Shown: positions 9,663 through 19,187 of the stretch, one piece after another
Layout: each line of letters starts with the position of its first letter
Position numbering within the stretch: the first letter of the stretch is position 1
From: Tepidisphaera sp.
Lineage (GTDB): Bacteria; Planctomycetota; Phycisphaerae; Phycisphaerales; UBA1924
Length of the DNA stretch: 64,000 nt
Direction of reading: 5' to 3'
Assembly: GCA_050916045.1 (NCBI GenBank)
Contig: CP051526.1
Span: forward strand, 2,528,001-2,592,000
Made by a program: the position numbers and the translations under genes
Notes under the pieces: generated by a model
What the model was told of the DNA's origin: nothing
The model's input: only the letters and a program-made list of their open reading frames with translations
The model's database searches: none

Positions 9663-10409
9663 TTAGCGGCGTTCGCGGCGGGGGCGGGCCTGGGGGATGA
9701 GGTTCTTGGCGGAGTCGTCGATGGGCTTGCCCCAGACGCTCTTCTTGCCGTCGGGGGTCGTCTCGGCGGCGCCTTCCTTCTTCTCGGGCTTGGCGGAGCC
9801 TTCGGGGCGCTCCTTCTTGACCTTGGGCTTCTTCTCGGCGGGCTTGGCTTCGGCCGTGGCTTCGGCGCCTTCGGCGGGGGCGGCGCCCTCGGCGGCTTCC
9901 GGAGCCTTCTCGACGTCCTTCTTCTCGGCGTCCTGGCGCTCGAGGTCGAGCTTGCGGTCGGCCTGGACGGTGAGCTTGACGGTCGAGATGAGGTCGGAGT
10001 CGAGCTTGACCTGGACCTCGTACTTGTCGACGCGCTTCATGACCTGGGAGATACGGACGTCACGCGGCTTGACGGCGTGGCCCAGAGCGTTGAGGGCGGT
10101 CGCGATGTCCTGCTGGGTGATGGAGCCGTAGAGGACGCCCTGGTCGTTGGTGGAACGGATGAGGGTGATCTCGACGCCCTGGAGCTTACCGGAGAGCTCC
10201 TCGCGCTGGCGGCGGAGTTCGGCGAGTTCCTTCTCGGCGACGGCGCGCTTCGCGGCGAGGGCTTTGATCTTCTCTTCGCTGGGCTTGGTGGCGAGATCGC
10301 GGGGGAGGAGGAAGTTTCGGGCGTACCCGGTGCGGACGGTGACGACGTCACCGACGATACCGAGGGCTTCGACGTTTTCGGTGAGCAGGAGCTTGAGCGA
10401 TTTCGACAT
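9663..10409 (-). CDS. rplI: 50S ribosomal protein L9 with long C-terminal extension
   Basis: LGIVGDVVTVRTGYARNFLLP and LYGSIT motifs. Confidence 0.96.
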   Translation of the reverse strand: MSKSLKLLLTENVEALGIVGDVVTVRTGYARNFLLPRDLATKPSEEKIKALAAKRAVAEKELAELRRQREELSGKLQGVEITLIRSTNDQGVLYGSITQQDIATALNALGHAVKPRDVRISQVMKRVDKYEVQVKLDSDLISTVKLTVQADRKLDLERQDAEKKDVEKAPEAAEGAAPAEGAEATAEAKPAEKKPKVKKERPEGSAKPEKKEGAAETTPDGKKSVWGKPIDDSAKNLIPQARPRRERR

Positions 10410-10538
10410 GGTGCTGTCCTTCAGGCTTATGCCGCGAAAGCCCGCGGCGTGCTGGAAGTTAGGGGCCGGGACACACGCCCGAACCTCAACGACCTCAGAG
10501 AGGGAACAAACGACACGGGCGGTATGCCCGTGCGTGAA

Positions 10539-11042
10539 TCAGAACGGGATGTCCTCTTCGCCCATCGGAGCGTGGCTTTGGCCACCGCCGCCGGACTGAG
10601 GAGCTTGACGCTGCGGCGCGGGCCGGCTGCCGCCGCCCCCACCACCGCCGCCGTACGACTGGCGGGGAGCGGACTGGTAGTCATCGCCACCGCTTCCGCC
10701 GCCGCCACCGGGCTTGCTATCGATGAACTGGAACTCTTCAACGACGACCCGCATCTTGGAACGCTTGCCGCCATCCTTGTCTTCCCACTGGTCGAGTTTG
10801 AGGCGACCTTCGATGTAGACAGGGCGGCCCTTGGAGAGGTACTTGGCCATGGTCTCGGCGGTCTTGCCCCACGCTTCGCAGTCGACGAACGTGGTCTCTT
10901 CGCGCTGCTCACCGTCGGGGGTTCGCCAGCGGCGGTTGATGGCCAGGCCGATGTTTCCAACGGTCTGGTTGCTCGGCGTGGTTTTGATCTCCACGTCGCG
11001 GGTGAGATTTCCCATCAGCATCACTTTGTTGAGATTCGGCAT
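10539..11042 (-). CDS. ssb: Single-stranded DNA-binding protein
   Basis: NKVMLMGNLTRD, Gly-rich tail and EEDIPF C-terminus. Confidence 0.97.
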   Translation of the reverse strand: MPNLNKVMLMGNLTRDVEIKTTPSNQTVGNIGLAINRRWRTPDGEQREETTFVDCEAWGKTAETMAKYLSKGRPVYIEGRLKLDQWEDKDGGKRSKMRVVVEEFQFIDSKPGGGGGSGGDDYQSAPRQSYGGGGGGGGSRPAPQRQAPQSGGGGQSHAPMGEEDIPF

Positions 11043-11117
11043 GGCGGCTCCTTGGTGGGGAAGCGTTCGAGGAACGAGCGTCTGGTTCAAACGACTGATG
11101 CGAACGAAAGGTCGGAA

Positions 11118-11558
11118 TCACTGAGCGGCGTCGGCGGCCGGCGCGGCGGGCTGGCCCTCGGGGGCCGCGGTGGCGCGCTCGGCGCGGAGCTTGGCTTCAA
11201 CCTCGAGCTCCTTGCGGCCGTCGGAAGCCTGCATCTCCTCCATGGTGAGGTGGTCGGCGCGGAGGATGAGCGAGCGGAGGATCTTTTCCGAGAGGCGAAG
11301 GTCGCGCTCGATGTGGCCGAGGCTCTCGTTGGGGGCTTTGAAGTAGGCGAGGATGTAGACGCCGCGCTTGTTGCCCTTGATCTCGTAGGCGAGGCGGCGT
11401 TCATCCCACTTCTTCATGGCGATGAGCTCGGCGTGGCCGCGGTGGAGGATTTCGTTGAGGTGGGCGATGGCACCGGCGAAGTCGGCGGCCTGGGCCGTGC
11501 TCAGGAGGAACATGGCTTCGTAATTGCTGAAACGCTTCTCGACGGACAAAATGCTCAT
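11118..11558 (-). CDS. rpsF: 30S ribosomal protein S6
   Basis: YEAMFL, WDERRLAYEI and ILRSLI motifs. The start overlaps the pth stop (ATGA). Confidence 0.95.
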   Translation of the reverse strand: MSILSVEKRFSNYEAMFLLSTAQAADFAGAIAHLNEILHRGHAELIAMKKWDERRLAYEIKGNKRGVYILAYFKAPNESLGHIERDLRLSEKILRSLILRADHLTMEEMQASDGRKELEVEAKLRAERATAAPEGQPAAPAADAAQ

Positions 11559-12244
11559 GGTGCTTTTCCTTCTGCTTCCCCTTGCCGGGGAGAACTGACA
11601 CTTTGGTTGACTTTGGGGGAACCGCTTGCCGCGGGCGACGAGCCCTCGGGGCGGGGTTTCTTCTCTTTGGGCTTGTCCGCGGCGTTGAACCTGTTCATCG
11701 CCGCGTCCAGGCCCCGTGACGCGAACTCGGCCGCGGCTCCGGAGGCGGCATCGGCGGCGGCGCCGATAACGGCCCATTCATCCTCGCGGAAGCGGCTGAG
11801 CACCCAGTCGGCCTGGTCCATGACGGGGGGCTTGGCACCCACACCGATACGGAGCCTGGGGTACGACTCGGTGCCGAGCTTGGCCTGCACGTCCGTGAGG
11901 CCGTTGTGGCCTCCGGCCCCGCCGCCGGGCTTGAGGCGGATGACGCCGACATCGAGGTAGATGTCGTCGACAACGACGAGGAGGTCCGTCGCGGGGTTGA
12001 GCTTGTAGAACCGCACGGCTTCGCTGACGGCGGAGCCGGAACGGTTCATGAACGTCGTGGGCTTCATCAGCAGGCATTTCTCCTGGCCGATGGTGGCGTC
12101 GACGCACTCGCTGTGGAAGTTCGCCTTCCGAATGGCGGAAGGGGCGTGGGCTTTGGCAAGACGATCGACCACCATGAAGCCCGCGTTGTGGCGCGTCTTC
12201 TCGTACTGGGAGCCGGGGTTGCCGAGGCCGACGATCAGCTTCAT
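11555..12244 (-). CDS. pth: Peptidyl-tRNA hydrolase
   Basis: MKLIVGLGNPG, TRHNAGF, KPTTFMNRSG and GGHNG motifs. Confidence 0.97.
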   Translation of the reverse strand: MKLIVGLGNPGSQYEKTRHNAGFMVVDRLAKAHAPSAIRKANFHSECVDATIGQEKCLLMKPTTFMNRSGSAVSEAVRFYKLNPATDLLVVVDDIYLDVGVIRLKPGGGAGGHNGLTDVQAKLGTESYPRLRIGVGAKPPVMDQADWVLSRFREDEWAVIGAAADAASGAAAEFASRGLDAAMNRFNAADKPKEKKPRPEGSSPAASGSPKVNQSVSSPRQGEAEGKAP

Positions 12245-12324
12245 GGCGAAAAGCTCGAACACTGCGGACGGGAAACGGTCCGGGCGGCGAGGTTGCCGCC
12301 CGGACCCGGGAACCGAGGGGGGAA

Positions 12325-13107
12325 TTACTTCTTGGGAGCGGCGGGCTTGGCGGCCGCACCAGCCGCAGGCTTGGCACCAGCGGCGGGCTTGGCACCGGCC
12401 GCGCCGGCGGCAGGCTTGGCGCCGGCCGCGGGCTTGGCACCGGCGGCTTCGCCATCGGCGGGCTTCTTGGCGGTGAGGACTTCGGGCTCGGCAGCGCCGG
12501 CGGCGGCAGCCGTGGCTTCGCCGACCTTCTCCTCGGCCTGGATGACGATCTGAGCGACGATGGCGTGCTTGTCGGTGATCATCTTCATGTCGGCGAGGGG
12601 GAGCTTGACCTCGGCGGCGGTGATGGCGTGACCGACGTCGAGCTGGGCGATGCCGACCTCGACGAACTCGGGGATGTCCTTCACGGCGCACTCGATCTCG
12701 ACTTCGTTGGTCGGGTGCATGAGGATGGCGCCGGCCTGCTTGAGACCGACGGCTTCGCCGGTGAGGTGGATGGTGACGAGCGTGCGGACGCGCTCGTTGA
12801 GATCGACTCGGGCGAAGTCGACGTGGACGATGTTGGTGCCGAGGTAGTCGTACTGGAGGTCCTTGAGGAGGACCATCTGGAGCTCACCCTTCTGGCCGCT
12901 GCCGGGGAAGTCCAGGCGGAAGACCTTCTCGCCCTTCTTGAAGTGGGTGACCGCTTCCTTGTTGTCAAGGGTGATGGGGCTGGGAGCGATCTTGTGGCCG
13001 TAGACGATCGCGGGGAGCTTGCCCTGCTTGCGGATGCGCTGGGAGCGGCGGCTGCCCATGTCTTGGCGGATGGTGGCGGTCAGAACGGGGGCTTTCTCGT
13101 GCATCAT
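12325..13107 (-). CDS. rplY: 50S ribosomal protein L25 (Ctc type)
   Basis: GKLPAIVYGH and HVDF motifs, with a C-terminal Ctc domain. Confidence 0.95.
   Translation of the reverse strand: MMHEKAPVLTATIRQDMGSRRSQRIRKQGKLPAIVYGHKIAPSPITLDNKEAVTHFKKGEKVFRLDFPGSGQKGELQMVLLKDLQYDYLGTNIVHVDFARVDLNERVRTLVTIHLTGEAVGLKQAGAILMHPTNEVEIECAVKDIPEFVEVGIAQLDVGHAITAAEVKLPLADMKMITDKHAIVAQIVIQAEEKVGEATAAAAGAAEPEVLTAKKPADGEAAGAKPAAGAKPAAGAAGAKPAAGAKPAAGAAAKPAAPKK
12340..12450 (-). repeat. Imperfect ~18-bp coding tandem repeat (AKPAAG) in the rplY tail
   Basis: Repeated GGCTTGGC(A/G)CC units encode GAKPAAGAKPAA. Confidence 0.7.
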
Positions 13108-13180
13108 TCACCTCTCGTGCCGCTTGCTTTCGTTCGCGGCGGTTGTTGACGTTGCTTCCTGTGACTCTGATCTCTGACGA

Positions 13181-14926
13181 CTAACGCTTGGTTCCCGCGG
13201 TCTTGTGGAAGAGCGCGGAGATGGACTCGTTCAAGTGGATGCGGCGGATCGCTTCGCCCAGCAGCGGGCCGACGCAGAGCTCGACGATCTTGTCCTTGAT
13301 GGGACCGACGCGATCGTTGAGCGGGATGGTGTTGGTGACGACAAGCCGCGTGATGGGGCTCGCGGAGATGCGTTCCATCGCGGGGGGGACGAGGACGGCG
13401 TGCGTCGCGGCGGCGATGACGTTCTTGGCGCCGCGGGCTTTGACGAGCTTGGCGGCTTCGCAGACGGTGCCGGCGGTTGAGATCATGTCGTCGAACATGA
13501 GGACGGTCTTGCCCTCGACGGTGCCGATGAGGTTGCCGGTGGTGACGTCGGACCCGCTGGTGCGGCGCTTGTTGATGATGGCGAGGTCAGCGCCAAGGAG
13601 GTTGGCGAAGCCCTCGGCGACCTTGACGTTGCCGACATCCGGGGAGACCAGGCAGAGGTCGCCGAGCTCCTTGCGGATGCTCATGAAGTAGTCGAAGAAG
13701 ACGGGCGTCGCCGAGAGGTGATCGACGGGAAGGTCGAAGAACCCCTGGATCTGAGCGGCGTGCAGGTCGACGGCCATGACGCGGTTGGCGCCGGCGGCGG
13801 TGACGAGGTTCGCGACGAGCTTGGCGGTGATCGGCACGCGGCCCTCGTCCTTGCGGTCCTGGCGGCCGTAGCCGAAGTACGGGATCACGACCGTGACGCG
13901 GTCGGCCGAGGCGCGACGCAGGCAGTCGATGAAGACGAGCAGTTCGACGAGGTTGTCGTTGACCGGGGCGCAGGTGGAGAGGACGACGAAGCAGTCGCGG
14001 CCGCGAACGTCCTCGTCGAGCTTGACGAGCACCTCGCCATCGGGGAAGACGTTGGTCTTGGCGACGCCCATGGGCATCATGAGGTGCGTGCAGATGCGGT
14101 CGGTGAGTTCGCGGCTGTTGCGGCCCGCGAAGATCTTCATGTCGTGCGTGTCGTATCCGCTTCCCGTCCAGTTCTCGGAGCGGCCGCGGTAGATGCGGTC
14201 GACCTTGGCGAGTTCCTCGGGGGTGTTGATGCTGAGGACATCCTCGGCGGGCACGGCTTCCACGACCTCGACGCGTTTGCCGTCGCGGAGGAGCAGGTCG
14301 GGCACGTCGGTGATGTAGTACTCGCCGCTGCCGGGGTTGCGTTCGACGCGCTTGAGCGTCTGGAACAGCGTCGGCGCGTCGAAGAGGTAGTAGCTCGGGT
14401 TGACCTCGCGGATCTTGCGCTGTTCGTCGGTCGCGTTCTTATGCTCGACGATGCAGCGGAAGCGGCCCGCGTCGTCGCGGACGATGCGGCCGTACCCCGT
14501 GGGGTCCTCGATGACGCTGGTGGCGAGCGAAGCCGACGCTTTCGCGTTGCGGTGGCGGCCGAGAAGCTCGCGGAGGGTCTTGGGCCGGATGAGCGGGCCA
14601 TCGCCAGCCAAGACGAAGACCTCACCCGTGACGCCCTTCATGACGTGCTCGGCGGACATGACCGCGTGGCCGGTGCCGAGCTGTTCTTCCTGGACCGCGA
14701 ACTCAACGCCGTAGCCGGCGAGGGCTTCGCGGACCTTTTCCTGCTGATAACCAACGACGACGACGATCTTCCCGCAGCCAGCGGCGCGGCAGGCGTCGAC
14801 GACCGAGCACACCATCGGCCGGCCGCCGATGGGGTGGACCACCTTCGGCAGGTCGGACTTCATCCGAGTCCCCTTGCCGGCGGCGAGGATGATCGCGGAT
14901 GGACGTTGTGGAGTGCTGTGGCTCAT
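13181..14926 (-). CDS. prs: Fusion of a GlmU-like nucleotidyltransferase domain and ribose-phosphate pyrophosphokinase
   Basis: The N-terminal half has ILAAGKGTRMKS, QLGTGHAV, PTGYGRI and GEYYITD. The C-terminal half has FPDGE, PYFGYGRQDRK, DLHAAQIQGFF and DDMISTAGT. It is one continuous 581-aa frame. Confidence 0.93.
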   Translation of the reverse strand: MSHSTPQRPSAIILAAGKGTRMKSDLPKVVHPIGGRPMVCSVVDACRAAGCGKIVVVVGYQQEKVREALAGYGVEFAVQEEQLGTGHAVMSAEHVMKGVTGEVFVLAGDGPLIRPKTLRELLGRHRNAKASASLATSVIEDPTGYGRIVRDDAGRFRCIVEHKNATDEQRKIREVNPSYYLFDAPTLFQTLKRVERNPGSGEYYITDVPDLLLRDGKRVEVVEAVPAEDVLSINTPEELAKVDRIYRGRSENWTGSGYDTHDMKIFAGRNSRELTDRICTHLMMPMGVAKTNVFPDGEVLVKLDEDVRGRDCFVVLSTCAPVNDNLVELLVFIDCLRRASADRVTVVIPYFGYGRQDRKDEGRVPITAKLVANLVTAAGANRVMAVDLHAAQIQGFFDLPVDHLSATPVFFDYFMSIRKELGDLCLVSPDVGNVKVAEGFANLLGADLAIINKRRTSGSDVTTGNLIGTVEGKTVLMFDDMISTAGTVCEAAKLVKARGAKNVIAAATHAVLVPPAMERISASPITRLVVTNTIPLNDRVGPIKDKIVELCVGPLLGEAIRRIHLNESISALFHKTAGTKR

Positions 14927-14983
14927 CGGTGGCAGACTTCACAAGGCGAGGAGGGGACAGGAGAACTGAGGACGACGGAACAA

Positions 14984-15054
14984 CTGGGCGACATGGATTC
15001 GAACCATGACAAGCAGTACCAAAAACTGCTGTGCTACCGTTACACCATCGCCCA
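14984..15054 (-). tRNA. tRNA-Gln (TTG)
   Basis: Reverse complement reads TGGGCGATGGTGTAACGGTAGCACA-GCAGT TT TTG GT ACTGC-TTGTCATGGTTCGAATCCATG-TCGCCCAG. Confidence 0.95.
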
Positions 15055-15578
15055 AACGACAGCGGCCCAAACGACAGGCCTTCAGCGGGTTGTACGAGAG
15101 ATCCAAAGCGGAAGTGCTCTCGCTCAGCGTGCGGGCAGCTCTCGCCGACCGACGCGACACAGACCAGCGGCCCGTGTCAGCCTGAAGCAGTCTCAGGCGA
15201 GCGGTTCCGCGGCAGAGACCGGCTCGACCTCCCTGTCGGGAGTCGCCCGGTCCAGAACTGGACACGCCTGCAGCCGCGCTGAGCGTGCCCCAAACCGCGC
15301 CTCGGCGTCGTCCCTCGCGGGATTCAGCTTCCGTCACGGTCGGTTCCGAAGGACCGAAGCATAGACCGGATTCGGGGCGATCTCAAACCTCTCGGAGAGC
15401 ATCCCCGAACAGAGCCCGACGCCGCTGGTCGCTCCGATCCGCGACCGTCGTGAGTTCGCGCGGAGTGCCCGACGTCCACGCTCCAAGCACCGAAGCGGCA
15501 CGACTTTCGCGGGGATCCCACCTACCATCGCATCTTCGCCCGACCAAGGGGCGAACACTGTCCTGCATAGACGACATC

Positions 15579-15651
15579 GAGGGTGTAGCTCAGTCGGTAG
15601 AGCAACGGACTTTTAATCCGTTGGTCGTGGGTTCGAGTCCCACCGCCCTCA
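15579..15651 (+). tRNA. tRNA-Lys (TTT)
   Basis: GAGGGTGTAGCTCAGTCGGTAGAGCA-ACGGA CT TTT AA TCCGT-TGGTCGTGGGTTCGAGTCCCAC-CGCCCTCA. Confidence 0.96.
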
Positions 15652-15864
15652 TTCTCAGGCCCGGCGCGCCCGCCCGTCCACGCGGGGACGCCGGTGTGTT
15701 CGGTGGGGCGGGCTCGAAACGTCGGGGGTGTGTGTCGGCGGGGGTTCGGGCGGGGGTTCGAGCAAGTGATCGGTGGGGATTCGGTCGGTACTGGGGTGGA
15801 CTAGCGGGTCCCGAAGGGACGCGGGAGGACGAATCTGTCGGATCAATCCCCGGCTCAATCATGG

Positions 15865-18800
15865 GTGATTCACGCGGTCTGGACCGAGGGCACTCTTTGC
15901 CTCTGGGCGGAGGATGCGCGGACCACATCACGAACCGCTCCGGCCGCGCCCGCGTCCGGGCGCATGCCGTCGCACCCCTTCGCGGTCCCTTCTGACCAAC
16001 TCGTTTCGCTCCTGCCGGCCGGCGTCGAGGGCGAGCCGGTGGTGGTGACGCTCGCGATCCCCGCGGTCGACGGGATCCCCGAACTCAGCCCCAACGCGCA
16101 GACGCTCACTGGAAACGCCGCTCCGGCCGCTGCTCCTGCATCCAAGTCCGGTCGTTCGCCCGTCGATGGCGATCCTCTCGATGACCTCGAGGTGCCGGTC
16201 GAGTCTTCCGACGAGCCGGTCGAAGAAGCCCTCCCGGAATTCGTCCCGCCCAAGATCGGACGCTTCGACGTTCCCGCGCTTCGCCTCGCGCCGGTGCAGG
16301 TCCCCACCGTTCTTGAGCATCTCGCGGATCTGGCCGACCGCGCCTCCGAAGGCAAAGCCGTCGCCCGGGTCGGCTCAAGCGTCGATTTCTACTCCGCCGT
16401 CACGAGAACGTCGCTCGCCCTGATCGCAGAGCAGCGCTTCGTGCCCGTCCTCCGACAGTCGATCGAGGGCGCCACCACCGCCGGATGGCAGCCCTGGCTT
16501 TCCGACGGGAAAGCCATCGAGCGCGTCTCCGCTCTCGTCGCCGCGATGCCGGGCGAAGCCCGCGCCGCCGTCGATCGCAACGGCCACCGGCCGTGGGCCA
16601 TCGTCGAAGACTGCATGTGCCGCCTGACCGACGCGTGGGCGCGTCGTGCGCTCATCTCCGAGTCGTTCTACGACGCCGTCGCCGAGAAGGACCCCGCGAA
16701 GGACCAGCCGGTCGCGATGCTCCGCGCGCTCCTCGCCGAACAGCAGGATGTTCCCGGCACGCCCGCTGTGCGTCAGGAGATGCTCCGCCGCGTCCGCCAA
16801 TGGTTGAGCGTGCTTGAAGAACGCGGCGCGAGCAGCCTTTGGCGTCTGCTTTTCCGCGTCTCCGAGCCGATCTTCAAAAGCAGCACGGATGAGGATTCCG
16901 CTCCTTGGAGCTTGAGCTTCCACCTCCAGTCGCAGGACGTCTCGACGCTGATCGTCGACGCCGCGGACGTGTGGGGCTTGCCCGGAGACTCGCTGACCGT
17001 CATGGGTCGCCGGATCGATCAGCCGCAGGACCTCATCCTCGGCGAGCTCGGCCGCGCCAGCCGCATCTACAAGCGTCTTGAGAAAGCCCTCGACGAGTCC
17101 GAACCCGTCGACCTCAACCTCAACACCAAGCAGGCCTACGAGTTCCTCCGCGAAGTCGCTCCGCTCCTCAAGGAGCAGGGCTTCGGCATCCAAAGCCCGG
17201 ACTGGTGGGATTCACCTCTCACGCGCCTTGGAGCACGTCTGCGCGTCGAGAGCGACGAAGCTCCGCCCGCTTTCGGCGGCCCCGCGGGCGGCTCGGGCGC
17301 TCGCCCGGCCCAGATCGGCCTTGGTGCGCTCGTCAAGTACCGGTGGGAGATCGCGCTGGGCGAAACCACGCTCACGCTGGAAGAGTTCGAGCACCTCGCG
17401 AAGAAGAACAGCCCGCTTGTCCGCGTCAACGGCCGCTGGGTCGAGATCCGGCCCGAGGACGTGCAAGCCGCGATCAAGTTCATGCGCGAGAACCAGTCGG
17501 GCGAGATGTCCGTCGGCGATGCACTCCGCGTCGCATACGGCACCGACCTCCGCGACACCGGCATCCCCATCGTCGGCTTGGAAGCGACCGGCTGGGTCTC
17601 GTCGCTGATGAACGCGGAAGCGGCGCACAAGCACCTGACGAACGTCGAGCCGCCCAAGAGCTTCCACGGAACGCTTCGCCCCTACCAGCTCAAGGGCCTT
17701 TCCTGGCTTGTCTTCCTTGAGCGCATGGGTCTTTCGATGTGTCTGGCCGACGACATGGGCCTGGGCAAAACGATCCAGCTGCTCGCACTTCTCGCGATGG
17801 AGCGAGAAGCCCCGCCGGACGCGCCGCCCGAGGTTGTCGCCGCCGCCGCTTCGGTCAAGCCGACGCTCCTGATCGTCCCGATGTCGGTCGTCGGCAACTG
17901 GATGCACGAGACCAAGCGGTTCTGCCCACACCTCCGCGTGCTGGTTCACCACGGGCCGGAGCGCAAGCTCGGCGATGTCTTCCGGCAGGCCGTGGCCGAA
18001 TCCGACCTCATCATCACCACCTACACGCTGGCCCACCGCGACCGCGAGATGTTCCAGTCGATCGAGTGGGGCCGCATCGTCCTGGACGAAGCCCAGTACA
18101 TCAAGAACGCCGTCGCCAAGCAGTCGCAAGCCGTCCGCGGCATCCCCGCCCAGCGGCGCGTCGCGCTCACCGGCACGCCCGTCGAGAACCGGCTCAGCGA
18201 GCTCTGGTCGATCCTGGACTTCCTCAACCCCGGATACCTCGGCACCGCGCACGGATTCCGCACGCGGTTCTCGATCCCCATCGAACGCTACCGCGACAAA
18301 TCCAAAGCCGATCAGCTCCGCGGCTTGATCCGTCCGTTCATCCTGCGCCGCCTCAAGAGCGATCCCACGGTCGTCGCGGACCTGCCGGCGAAGGTCGAGA
18401 CGCGCGAGTTCGCGCCGCTCACGTCCGAACAGGCCGAACTTTACGAGACGTGCGTCCGCCGCATGCTCGCCGAGGTCGAGAACGCCGAGGGCATCCAGCG
18501 CCGCGGCATGGTCCTCTCGGGCCTCATCCGTCTCAAGCAGATCTGCAACCACCCCAGCCAGCTCCTCAAGGACTGGACACCGGACACGGGCCGTCCGCCG
18601 GCTCCGGGCCGGAGCGGCAAGTGCATCCGCCTGCTCGAGATGATGGAAGAGATCGTGGGCGAGGGGGACTGCTCGCTGATCTTCACGCAGTTCCGGCAGA
18701 TGGGCACGATCCTTCAATCGATGCTCTCGCACCACCTCGGCCGCAACGTGCTTTTCCTTCACGGCGGCACGCCGCAGCTTCAGCGCGTCAAGATGGTCGA

Positions 18801-19161
18801 GAGCTTCCAGCGTGCCGATGGGAAGAACCCGGTCATGCTCGTCTCGCTCAAAGCCGGCGGCGTCGGCCTCAACCTCACCGCCGCGACGCACGTCTTCCAC
18901 TTTGACCGCTGGTGGAACCCCGCCGTCGAGAACCAGGCGACCGACCGCGCCTATCGCATCGGGCAGACGCGCACAGTGCAGGTCCACAAGTTCGTCGTCA
19001 AGGGAACGCTCGAGGAACGCATCGACCAGATGATCGAGCAGAAGACCGAGCTTGCCGACAAGATCATCGGCGCGGGCGAGAACTGGCTGACCGAACTCGA
19101 CACCGACCAGCTCCGCGACCTGCTCACCCTCCGCAACGACATGATTCTCGACGAAGCGTAA
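15865..19161 (+). CDS. SNF2-family helicase/ATPase
   Basis: LRPYQ, LADDMGLGKT, LDEAQ, LTGTPVEN, SLKAGGVGLNL and QATDRAYRIGQ motifs. Confidence 0.96.
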   Translation: MIHAVWTEGTLCLWAEDARTTSRTAPAAPASGRMPSHPFAVPSDQLVSLLPAGVEGEPVVVTLAIPAVDGIPELSPNAQTLTGNAAPAAAPASKSGRSPVDGDPLDDLEVPVESSDEPVEEALPEFVPPKIGRFDVPALRLAPVQVPTVLEHLADLADRASEGKAVARVGSSVDFYSAVTRTSLALIAEQRFVPVLRQSIEGATTAGWQPWLSDGKAIERVSALVAAMPGEARAAVDRNGHRPWAIVEDCMCRLTDAWARRALISESFYDAVAEKDPAKDQPVAMLRALLAEQQDVPGTPAVRQEMLRRVRQWLSVLEERGASSLWRLLFRVSEPIFKSSTDEDSAPWSLSFHLQSQDVSTLIVDAADVWGLPGDSLTVMGRRIDQPQDLILGELGRASRIYKRLEKALDESEPVDLNLNTKQAYEFLREVAPLLKEQGFGIQSPDWWDSPLTRLGARLRVESDEAPPAFGGPAGGSGARPAQIGLGALVKYRWEIALGETTLTLEEFEHLAKKNSPLVRVNGRWVEIRPEDVQAAIKFMRENQSGEMSVGDALRVAYGTDLRDTGIPIVGLEATGWVSSLMNAEAAHKHLTNVEPPKSFHGTLRPYQLKGLSWLVFLERMGLSMCLADDMGLGKTIQLLALLAMEREAPPDAPPEVVAAAASVKPTLLIVPMSVVGNWMHETKRFCPHLRVLVHHGPERKLGDVFRQAVAESDLIITTYTLAHRDREMFQSIEWGRIVLDEAQYIKNAVAKQSQAVRGIPAQRRVALTGTPVENRLSELWSILDFLNPGYLGTAHGFRTRFSIPIERYRDKSKADQLRGLIRPFILRRLKSDPTVVADLPAKVETREFAPLTSEQAELYETCVRRMLAEVENAEGIQRRGMVLSGLIRLKQICNHPSQLLKDWTPDTGRPPAPGRSGKCIRLLEMMEEIVGEGDCSLIFTQFRQMGTILQSMLSHHLGRNVLFLHGGTPQLQRVKMVESFQRADGKNPVMLVSLKAGGVGLNLTAATHVFHFDRWWNPAVENQATDRAYRIGQTRTVQVHKFVVKGTLEERIDQMIEQKTELADKIIGAGENWLTELDTDQLRDLLTLRNDMILDEA

Positions 19162-19187
19162 AAGCAAGAAAGACCCGACCAACACAC

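Noticed and set aside
9486..11960. Long antisense ORFs (e.g. 9486..11960, 17212..19233, 40514..42898, 56850..58598)
   Set aside because: These are shadow frames opposite well-supported genes, as expected at high GC.
15051..15578. 525-bp spacer between divergent tRNAs with a CCCAAACGACAG direct repeat
   Set aside because: Only two short copies, and no credible ORF or RNA motif; probably promoter/leader DNA.
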